Of a stretch of 24,852 nucleotides of DNA, positions 17,697-24,852 are shown piece by piece. The notes under the pieces were generated by a model that was not told the origin of the DNA, made no database searches, and worked only from the letters and a program-made list of their open reading frames with translations. Position 1 is the stretch's first letter. Every line of letters starts with the position of its first letter. This DNA is from Deltaproteobacteria bacterium (GTDB taxonomy: Bacteria > Desulfobacterota > WTBG01). The DNA is taken from the NCBI GenBank assembly GCA_013139225.1, contig WTBG01000232.1, forward strand, positions 1 to 24,852, read 5' to 3'. A program made the translations under genes and the position numbers.

Positions 17697-17861
17697 TAAA
17701 AATGTATAAATATTAGGGGGATTCTATATGCAAAACAAAAGGGGTGGGGTCAGGCTTAAACCTCTCGGAAAGGTAAGCACACAAAAGTAAACTAAGATCA
17801 TTTCCTTGGGAAGTAATTATTTATTCTGCTTATCTACAATACTCAAGTTGTCTATTAGTCC

Positions 17862-17992
17862 CTGGATCCCTGCTCCCCGATCAGAGTCGAAGACAAGTTT
17901 TGCAGGGATGACAAGCAAGGATGGAACCGATTGAACAAACGTGTCATTCTCGCCCCGTATCAAGTACGGGATAAACTCCAGCGGGAATCCAG
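17862..17992. repeat. Inverted pair of REP/RPE-like palindromes (GTCATTCCCGC...GCGGGAATCCAG type) with nested inserts
   Basis: CTGGATCCCTGC...TGCAGGGATGAC (17862-17912) and GTCATTCTCGC...GCGGGAATCCAG (17943-17992). Confidence 0.75.
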
Positions 17993-18053
17993 TATTGTTA
18001 ATAAGGGTATTCAACTGGAGATTTCAGGATAACCAGATTATTTATTTATAACC

Positions 18054-19244
18054 TCATTTTTTACCTGTTTCCCTTAAGGGAACAGCAAATCCTGCTGCCA
18101 TAATAAGAGCCACAGCCATGAAAATGAATCCTGCCCAGTGAGAGTTAGCCAAATCCATCAGTTTACCGGACAAAATCGGGCCAAAAGCACCCCCAGTATT
18201 TCCTACCATAAAGATAAGCCCAAAAGCGGTTGCTGATAATCCAGGACCTATCTCTTCAAGTTCTACCGGGATGGTCATTAAGATTGGGGCAATAGTCCCT
18301 AGCGCCGCTCCGGTAATCACTAGCGCAATAACGAGAGGAATTCCCTTAAGAGTAGCTAAAGTAAGGATACCAAGTCCAAAAATAACAGAGCTTATTATGA
18401 GGAAGGGCTTTCTCTTACCAAGTTTATCCGAAAGTATTCCACCCAGAACATTAAATATCACGGTGGTTCCCAACATAATGGCAACAAGTTCTCCCGCCTG
18501 CTCTACCCCTCTTTCCTCCAAGCTCACAGGAAGAAAGGTTATAAGCGCCATCATACCAACCATATTGAGCCCATAGAAACCAGAAAGCAACCAGAGGTCT
18601 TTTACCTTAAGAACTTTTTTGAAATTATCCTTCATATTCTGCTTTTTCACCTCAGCTGCCCCTTCTTTCTCTCGATCCCTATATATGAACACCCAGAGTA
18701 TCCCCATGCCAAGAACAGCAATTCCAATTACAAGCAAAGTATTTCTCCAGCCACCGAAAGCAGGTGACATAAAGCTGGTTGCAGTCGCCATGGCAACAGC
18801 TCCCCCAATCCCCATGCCAGAGATGCACAATCCATTGGCTAAAGCGAGCTCCTTCCGGGGAAACCACATACCCAGTGCCTTTGGCATATTGGGGCCTATA
18901 ACGGCCATTCCAGCACCAATGAAAAACATGCATACAATAAGACCATTGGCACTTTCCACATAAGCACGAAGTGCCCCCGCAACTGCTATAATCAGCACAG
19001 ACGCTCCCAGTGCCCACCTGGAACCGATTTTATCACTGACCGCTCCACCAATAGGGGCAAAGAAGAGGGATGCGAAGGTAAGTACACCCATAACTGTTCC
19101 CATCTGTACCTTGGTCAAGGGTATCTGCTCTACAATCTCCGTAAACAGTGCCGGGATACACTGCATACACAAGACAGCAAAAAAGATGTTGAGAAAGAGT
19201 AGAACGAGAACCAGCCAACGAAAAGTAGATTTTTGTTCTTCCAT
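18054..19244 (-). CDS. Major facilitator superfamily transporter (12 TM)
   Basis: GAVSDKIGSR and GILSDKLGKRK motif A in both halves; ATG at 19244 preferred over 19286 because of the AGGAG RBS. Confidence 0.92.
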   Translation of the reverse strand: MEEQKSTFRWLVLVLLFLNIFFAVLCMQCIPALFTEIVEQIPLTKVQMGTVMGVLTFASLFFAPIGGAVSDKIGSRWALGASVLIIAVAGALRAYVESANGLIVCMFFIGAGMAVIGPNMPKALGMWFPRKELALANGLCISGMGIGGAVAMATATSFMSPAFGGWRNTLLVIGIAVLGMGILWVFIYRDREKEGAAEVKKQNMKDNFKKVLKVKDLWLLSGFYGLNMVGMMALITFLPVSLEERGVEQAGELVAIMLGTTVIFNVLGGILSDKLGKRKPFLIISSVIFGLGILTLATLKGIPLVIALVITGAALGTIAPILMTIPVELEEIGPGLSATAFGLIFMVGNTGGAFGPILSGKLMDLANSHWAGFIFMAVALIMAAGFAVPLRETGKK

Positions 19245-19313
19245 CAATCCTGCTCCTTTCTTAAGATTGTCTTTTTTCAACCCCATTCAGGTTGAAACCA
19301 TTCCTAATCCGTG

Positions 19314-19342
19314 ATACTATCAAGAATAAGGTTCTTATGCAA
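19314..19342 (-). promoter_or_regulatory. sigma70-type promoter for the MFS gene
   Basis: Minus strand TTGCAT, 17 nt, TAGTAT. Confidence 0.5.
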
Positions 19343-19356
19343 TTTATAAAAAGATA

Positions 19357-19381
19357 AAACTTTTTATAGATTGCATCGTTA
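19357..19381 (+). promoter_or_regulatory. Possible ECF-type autoregulatory promoter
   Basis: AAAC-N16-CGTTA, 30 nt upstream of the ECF start; the region is AT-rich, so the match may be chance. Confidence 0.3.
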
Positions 19382-19410
19382 TTATCATTAGCTTCAATGA
19401 GTTAGATAAT

Positions 19411-20055
19411 TTGACTGCTGATCAAAGGAATCAATCAAATAACCAGAGCGATGAGGAACTGATGCTGCTTTATCAGAAAGGAGATGAACGTGCTTTCGAG
19501 GTTCTCTATTGGCGTCATCAGCGTGGTATCTTTAATTTCATTTGTCATTTTATCGGAGAAAGTGGGAACTATGCAGAGGAGCTGTTTCAGGACGTATTTT
19601 TAAAAGTAGTTAAATCAAGCAAGCGGTATAAGCCTACTGCCAAATTCACTACCTGGCTGTATCAGATTGCGAGAAATGGCTGCATTGACCACTTCAGGAA
19701 AATGAAACATCGCAAGACAACTTCCCTCTCTCAGCCTATAGACAGTGAAGAAGAAATGGTCATTGAATCAACCATCGCTAACAGTAATCCAACTCCAGAA
19801 CAAAACGCTCGCACAAGTGAGATTTCCGAGATTCTGAAAAAAGCAATAAGCACACTATCCGAAGAACAAAGAGAAGTCTTCCTCATGCGTGAGGACTTAG
19901 ATTTAAGCTTTGCGGAAATTTCCGAGTTTATCGGATGCCCCATCAACACGGCCAAGAGCAGAATGCGCTATGCACTGGAACATTTACGCAAGGATCTTGA
20001 ATTACAGGGAATAACCCAAAGTGAGGTGAAAAAAAGTGAAGTGTCCAGAATGTGA
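19411..20055 (+). CDS. ECF RNA polymerase sigma-70 factor
   Basis: SDEELM, AEELFQDVF, KFTTWLYQIARNGCIDHFR (region 2); LSEEQREVFLMR..LSFAEISE..NTAKSRMRYA (region 4). Confidence 0.95.
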   Translation: MTADQRNQSNNQSDEELMLLYQKGDERAFEVLYWRHQRGIFNFICHFIGESGNYAEELFQDVFLKVVKSSKRYKPTAKFTTWLYQIARNGCIDHFRKMKHRKTTSLSQPIDSEEEMVIESTIANSNPTPEQNARTSEISEILKKAISTLSEEQREVFLMREDLDLSFAEISEFIGCPINTAKSRMRYALEHLRKDLELQGITQSEVKKSEVSRM

Positions 20056-20962
20056 TGAAAAATTAGTCGATTACCTTTACAACGATCTTTCTCCAGAATT
20101 AAGGCGCAAGATAGATGAACACTTTAAGACCTGTGAAAACTGCGCAAAACAGTTGTCACAATTACAGTTTGTCCGCACCTCTTTTCAGCAACTAACCAAA
20201 CACGAGCTTCCTCCCTTAGTTCATCAAAGGATATTGGCACACAATACGGACAAAACCCTTAAAGGAAGAGGGTCCTGGCTGACCCAATGGCTTTTCAGAC
20301 CCTCAACTGCAACTGCAATAGTAGCTCTTTTAGCTATCGGTGTCTTTTACTACACCCAACAATTTACTCCCTCTGAAACAGTCAGGATAAAGGAAATAGT
20401 AAAGGCAGAAAGAACCCCCTTTAACTCAAAGGAGATACTACTAGCAAAAGCAAAACCTTCTCTTACTACAAGTGGAGATATATATCAAACACAACCAGGG
20501 GTTTTATTAAGTCAAGTAGCAAAGACGCTACTGGAAGAGAAAAGTCAGGCACCTTTCATCCCATCAAAAGGCGCGCTCTATACCTTCGAACTGGGCAATC
20601 TCTATTTCTCACAAGATGAATTTGAAAAGGCCATAGCTACCTATTCTATAGCTCTAACTATGAGTCCCAAGGAAGCATATACATCCATCATCCGTTATCA
20701 ACTTGCTTTAAGCTATAAGAAATTGAATGATTGTACATCTGCAGTTCAAGTTTTAGATGAAATTCAGGAGAGGAACCCGCAATATCCAGAGATAGACAAA
20801 GTGTTCATTATGGCAGGGGACTGCTATTTGGATCTTCAAGCTTATGATAAGGCAGAAACTAATTATACCAATTTTATCAATCAGTTCCCAGACAGAAAGT
20901 CACTCGTAGCTGACAAGCTAGAAACAGCCAGAATGTTTCGTAGAGTCAACTTGTCTTATTAA
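20036..20962 (+). CDS. Anti-sigma factor: zinc-binding ZAS domain, one TM helix, extracytoplasmic TPR domain
   Basis: EHFKTCENC (HxxxCxxC); TM AIVALLAIGVFYY; three TPR-like repeats; overlaps the ECF stop. Confidence 0.88.
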   Translation: MKCPECDEKLVDYLYNDLSPELRRKIDEHFKTCENCAKQLSQLQFVRTSFQQLTKHELPPLVHQRILAHNTDKTLKGRGSWLTQWLFRPSTATAIVALLAIGVFYYTQQFTPSETVRIKEIVKAERTPFNSKEILLAKAKPSLTTSGDIYQTQPGVLLSQVAKTLLEEKSQAPFIPSKGALYTFELGNLYFSQDEFEKAIATYSIALTMSPKEAYTSIIRYQLALSYKKLNDCTSAVQVLDEIQERNPQYPEIDKVFIMAGDCYLDLQAYDKAETNYTNFINQFPDRKSLVADKLETARMFRRVNLSY

Positions 20963-21003
20963 ACACAGAATTTGCAGTAGATAGCTACTGCAAAATCTGG
21001 GTT
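20962..21003. repeat. Long hairpin directly after the anti-sigma stop
   Basis: TTTGCAGTAG-ATAG-CTACTGCAAA perfect stem flanked by AACACAGA/TCTGGGTT. Confidence 0.6.
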
Positions 21004-21047
21004 TAAAGTATACCCAGGGTTTTTCCATTAGCTGATACACTGTTATA

Positions 21048-21081
21048 AAGGGTGCTCTCCTTCAAGAGCATCCTTTTTTTT
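21048..21081 (+). terminator. Intrinsic terminator
   Basis: AAGGGTGCTCT / AGAGCATCCTT stem followed by a T-run. Confidence 0.75.
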
Positions 21082-21109
21082 GATTATTATCCCAAAACAA
21101 AATTTTATC

Positions 21110-21137
21110 TTTACATAAGTCTTACAATATATATAAT
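21110..21137 (+). promoter_or_regulatory. sigma70-type promoter for the flavoprotein cluster
   Basis: TTTACA, 16 nt, TATAAT; TTACA direct repeat at 21111 and 21122. Confidence 0.45.
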
Positions 21138-21205
21138 TATCAATCCTTTTATTTCGTAATTAGATAAGCATCACAAAGCAAAACATCTTGCAGGAGACGC
21201 ATTTT

Positions 21206-22756
21206 ATGAGTCAAGATAAACACGGCACTATTAAGCAGGCACTGGCAGATCTTTTAGGGACAGAAAATGTTTCTGATGATAAAGCTGTCCTTGAAGCCTA
21301 TACCAGAGATTGGCTTCCACCTGGAGTTCTAGAACACTTCCCTCCTGAATTCGTAGCTCTGCCAGGAAACACCCGGGAAATTCAGTCAATCTATAAATTA
21401 GCCAATCGATATAAATTCCATTGTATTCCAGTGGGCTCAAACCTCTGGTCAGTTGCCACTAAAGCAACGCGTCCTTATACAGTTCTTCTGGACCCAAAGC
21501 GACTGAACCACATCGTCAAAATAGATGAAAAGAATATGTATGCTATTATCGAACCTTATGTATCCAATGCTCAGGTATCTGCCGAAGCCATGAAACGAGG
21601 TTTAGTATGCGGATGTCCTGAGGCAGGAGGCCAGGCCTCCCAACTGGCAGGTCATACCTTTCAGGGATTCTGGGGGATTGGATACCGGATCGGTATGGGA
21701 TATCGAAATATCCTGGGTTTTGAATGGGTTCTCCCCAATGGAGAATTGTTGAAAATTGGTTCTTTAAGTCAGCCCAATGCTGGCCCGTCATGTGGCGAAG
21801 GTCCTGGCCCTGATCTCCGCGGGATGCTGAGAGGGTACCTGGGAGCTATGGGAGGGCTTGGAACAGTTACCCGAATGGCCATTAAGCTCCATCCCTGGCC
21901 AGGTCCTAAAACTTTTCCCTGTGAAGGAATGGTTCCCAATCAGAAATCGGTATTGCCCCTTAAGAAATTTGAATGGGTTCTGTTTAAATACCCCACCTTG
22001 AAGGATTGCGTAAAAGTTATGTATGAGATCGGGAAGAGTGAAATCGGAGGCAACCTGGAAAAGTGGCCTACTTCTTATCTCTGCTGGTGGTGGGCAAAGT
22101 CGTGCGAAGAGTACTGGGAAACCTGGAAATCAGGCTATTTCCAGAAAAATATGAAAAACATGGTATCGATTTGCCTCTGGGGTTTCACCTCAGAAAAACA
22201 GCTTCAATATGAAAAAAGAGTTCTTGAAGATATAATTTAGGAATCTGGTGGAAAACTCATCCCCCGGGAATATTACGATAAGTGGGTTCCCTATGCTGCC
22301 AACAACTGGATTCGTGATACCAGCGGTCCCCGGATGATGCTTCCATCAGGAGGGTTTGGACTTTTTTCAGTAGGACCGGATACCCTGAAATTTGCCATGG
22401 AATCGGTTAAACGAGGCCATGTCTTTATGAAAAAATACAGCCCACCAGTGTTGGATTGCGACTACTCTGACTGGATTGCATCCCATGAATTTTCTCGTTT
22501 TGGTATTGGAGAAACTGATTTTCCTTTTGAAAAATCCGTTGAGCAATCTCAGGGTCTGATGCAGGCTATGCTGGCTTTTGTAAAGTGGGGTATAGAAAAT
22601 AAAACTGATGATGGTACAGGGCCTGCCCTGGGAGGTCCTTATCACGCTATGGCTGGACCAACATATTACAACTATGATAAAATTTTGGTTGAAATCAAAA
22701 AGACCCTTGATCCCAATAACGTTGCCAATCCACCTCATATAATTCCAACAGAATAA
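21206..22756 (+). pseudogene. VAO/PCMH-family FAD-binding oxidoreductase interrupted by one in-frame TAG (22238-22240)
   Basis: ATG 21206 with CAGGAG RBS; FAD-binding PCMH N-domain (PEFVALP, IDEKNMYAIIEP, EWVLPNGE, GAMGGLGTVT); the frame continues after TAG to [13 protein letters not shown]; 516 codons in total. Readthrough is not excluded. Confidence 0.8.
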
Positions 22757-22778
22757 GTGGAATAGAAAGGAAGTTTCA

Positions 22779-24104
22779 ATGACTAAAAGATATGATCTCA
22801 TTGTTGTCGGAGCGGGGCCTGCAGGTCTTACGGCAGCTAAAGCTGCAAGGGAATGCGGGCTGGAAGTTGCGCTCCTGGAAAGAAAAACAGACATTACCAA
22901 TCTTCACCGATGTTGTGGTCAGTCCCTGGTTTCTATGAATGACTATTATTTTGGTGACATATTTCATTTCAACAATAAAGGGAAGCGTATGTGCTTTCCT
23001 GTTAATAGATTCTCTCTCAAATACGATGGGCCTTCTAGTAATATATATTCCTGGCATTTTTATTCGCCGGATGGTCATATTGTTAAACTGGGAGACGCAA
23101 AGGAATTGAAGAAGCTGGGGGACAATGGTCGAATTGCAATGATTCATGATAAAGAAGTTTTCTTTCGTTGTCTCCTTGATGAAATTGATAAAACAGGGGT
23201 AGAGGTCTTCCCGGGGATAAATGTTACTGATGTTACAAAAACCGGTGAAAATGTGAGGGTAAAAGGGGGAGATAAAAATTTTGAGGCAACCTATGTCATT
23301 GCTGCAGATGGAACTAATTCCTTAATTGCTGAGAAGATGGGATTCAACAAAGCAAGAGATTTCTTCTGCAAGATATCATCCCAATCTTTTTATATACGCA
23401 ATGCAAAGATTCCTGAGCTTGAAGTTGCCCTATCCTGCCCGGATTATGTTAAAGAGATCCCTGCATTCATGGTAATTTTCCCCTGGATCAATGAAGACGA
23501 AATTAATGCTATCTTTCTCACCCTTGATCCTCATCTCAATTTAGATGAGGTAACTGACTACTTCATGAATAAACATCCAATTTATTCTAAATGGTTTAAA
23601 GATTCAGAAAAGTTGAGAAAGTTCACCTCTGTAGAATCAATTTACTCTCCCATTAGAGAGCCTTTTAGTGACAACGTTTTGATTGTTGGTGATGCCGGAG
23701 GAACTCAAGAGGTAGAAAACACCGGTGCCATGATCAGTGGCTGGAGGGCAGGTAATGCTGTTGCTACTTCTGTCATTGAGAGCAAGGTCGGTCTAAAAGC
23801 AGAAGGCATCTCTCACTATTTAAGATGGTGGAAAGAAACCTACATTGATAAGTATAGCCATGAAGATTATGTTAAGAATTTTACCTTTTCTTATATTTTG
23901 TCTGGAGATGATTTAAACTATCTATTTAGCCTGATTAAAGAACCTCTGGCACCGTGCTTTAATCCTTATGAAGCCTTAAACCTTATCAGCCAGGCTATCC
24001 AACAAGCGGCCCCTACCATACAGCAGGAAAGGCCTGATATCCTTACCAGATTAGCAAAGATGGCAGCTCCTCTAGAAGAGGTACTAACTTCTATTCGTAA
24101 GTAG
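22779..24104 (+). CDS. FAD-dependent oxidoreductase, geranylgeranyl-reductase/FixC-like
   Basis: DLIVVGAGPAG..ALLER, CGQSL, VIAADG, LIVGDAGG motifs. Confidence 0.85.
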   Translation: MTKRYDLIVVGAGPAGLTAAKAARECGLEVALLERKTDITNLHRCCGQSLVSMNDYYFGDIFHFNNKGKRMCFPVNRFSLKYDGPSSNIYSWHFYSPDGHIVKLGDAKELKKLGDNGRIAMIHDKEVFFRCLLDEIDKTGVEVFPGINVTDVTKTGENVRVKGGDKNFEATYVIAADGTNSLIAEKMGFNKARDFFCKISSQSFYIRNAKIPELEVALSCPDYVKEIPAFMVIFPWINEDEINAIFLTLDPHLNLDEVTDYFMNKHPIYSKWFKDSEKLRKFTSVESIYSPIREPFSDNVLIVGDAGGTQEVENTGAMISGWRAGNAVATSVIESKVGLKAEGISHYLRWWKETYIDKYSHEDYVKNFTFSYILSGDDLNYLFSLIKEPLAPCFNPYEALNLISQAIQQAAPTIQQERPDILTRLAKMAAPLEEVLTSIRK

Positions 24105-24140
24105 TGTGTTTCGTCTATATGCAGAACCTTCTTGACAAAT

Positions 24141-24404
24141 ATGAAACCAGTAAAAATCTTTGATTGGTTCACCCGGTTGTTGCCACTATGGGTAGTTTTA
24201 TGTGGAATCATCGCTTACTTTTGGCCATTCGTTTTTATTCCCTTAAAATCTTATTTGGAACTTGCCTTTGCTCTGACCATGCTTGGTATTGGACTGGTTA
24301 TTAACCAGAACGAATTTATTCCTGTGTTCCGAAAACCCCATTTTTTCGGTCTAAAATTCGAAGCACGTGCGAAGCTTACCGCAGGTATCAATACGAAGCA
24401 ATAA
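24141..24404 (+). pseudogene. Truncated bile acid:Na+ symporter (BASS/PanS-like), N-terminal fragment
   Basis: FTRLLPLWVVL..IAYFWP..TMLGIGL..EF..VFRKP matches the BASS N-terminus; similarity stops near 24350 where a repeat element starts. Confidence 0.72.
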
Positions 24405-24580
24405 CTAAAATACAAATGTCCCAATGAAAAAAAACATCACATTTCCAACATCTTGTTTAGGTCATTTTGTCATTTGGTGTTCGAATTTGTTTCGGCCCGC
24501 CATGCCTGCCCTGGTGCGACTCCTCGGTGGGATGCTCGACAACGGATAAACCAGGTCTGGGCCAGGGATTTCGGATTTGG
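24351..24580. repeat. Composite heptamer-family palindromic element with nested inserts
   Basis: CGAAGC x3; inverted repeat CAAATGTCCCAATGA (24413-24427) / TCATTTTGTCATTTG (24462-24476), 12/15; TTCGAATTTGTTTCGG then a GC-rich insert then GATTTCGGATTT (24567-24578). Confidence 0.6.
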
Positions 24581-24642
24581 CCTGAACATGACTTTTCGTT
24601 CAGGCACTAACTAGCTCCTGACTTCATTTTAAGGTAATAAAG

Positions 24643-24852
24643 ATGCTATCTAAAGTTAAGCAAAGGATTAATTTCTATTTCGATGATTTGACCACACCCA
24701 TGGGGAAAACCTTTGACCTGGTGATCATTGCTCTTATTTTCCTGGTCTGTATAATATTTGTAATAAAAACCTATAATATCCCAGAGAGGCTGAGGGAAAT
24801 AGTAAATCTTATAGAAACAATTATTATTGTTATCTTCATTATAGAGTATCTC
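24643..24852 (+). CDS. Ion transporter, voltage-gated K+ channel-like (3' partial, not in the ORF track)
   Basis: MLSKVKQRINFYFDDLTTPMGKTFDLVIIALIFLVCIIFVIKTYNIPERLREIVNLIETIIIVIFIIEYL; open to the window end; S1/S2 helices with F.IEY signature. Confidence 0.8.
   Translation, partial: MLSKVKQRINFYFDDLTTPMGKTFDLVIIALIFLVCIIFVIKTYNIPERLREIVNLIETIIIVIFIIEYL

Noticed and set aside
17726-17790. c-di-GMP-I riboswitch (GCAAAAC...GGCTTAAACC...AGGTAAGC resembles P2)
   Set aside because: No P1 (GGCAAAC..GAAA) element, wrong spacing, and on the strand opposite the signalling cluster. An Infernal search with RF01051 would settle it.
17817-18014. 65-aa minus-strand ORF
   Set aside because: Translation of the REP palindromes (VIPAK..AGIQ, ..RGEND); no RBS or domain evidence.
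22238-22240. Selenocysteine recoding
   Set aside because: The codon is TAG, not TGA, and no SECIS-like context applies.
483-24211. Remaining short ORFs in the six-frame track (e.g. 1701-2117, 9222-9686, 18271-19314, 22367-23147)
   Set aside because: They overlap well-supported genes on the opposite strand or in another frame and show no recognisable motifs.

Overview
Window of a low-GC bacterial genome, most consistent with Thermodesulfobacteriota/Deltaproteobacteria (inferred from gene content and the tmRNA tag ANDYDYALAA). 1-7641 is core: tRNA-Gln, prs, rplY, pth, a K+-dependent membrane pyrophosphatase (hppA), two lipoproteins, smpB and ssrA. Downstream of ssrA is an N-terminally anchored protein with ferredoxin-dependent bilin reductase/RCCR-like motifs. 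A ~8.7 kb minus-strand signalling cluster (17525 to 8786) follows: REC-REC-PAS-PAS-HK-REC, HDOD, PAS-HK-REC-REC, Hpt, REC-GGDEF and a K+ channel-RCK-REC fusion, preceded by a sigma28-like promoter. It has seven receiver domains and no DNA-binding output. The rest holds an MFS transporter, an ECF sigma with a ZAS-TM-TPR anti-sigma, a VAO/PCMH-family flavoprotein split by one in-frame TAG, a geranylgeranyl-reductase-like flavoprotein, a truncated BASS symporter and the 5' part of a voltage-gated-type K+ channel. Several families of short palindromic or periodic repeats occur, including in-frame 7-nt-periodic inserts inside a kinase. No integrase, transposase or CRISPR array was seen. All family calls come from motif recognition, not database searches.
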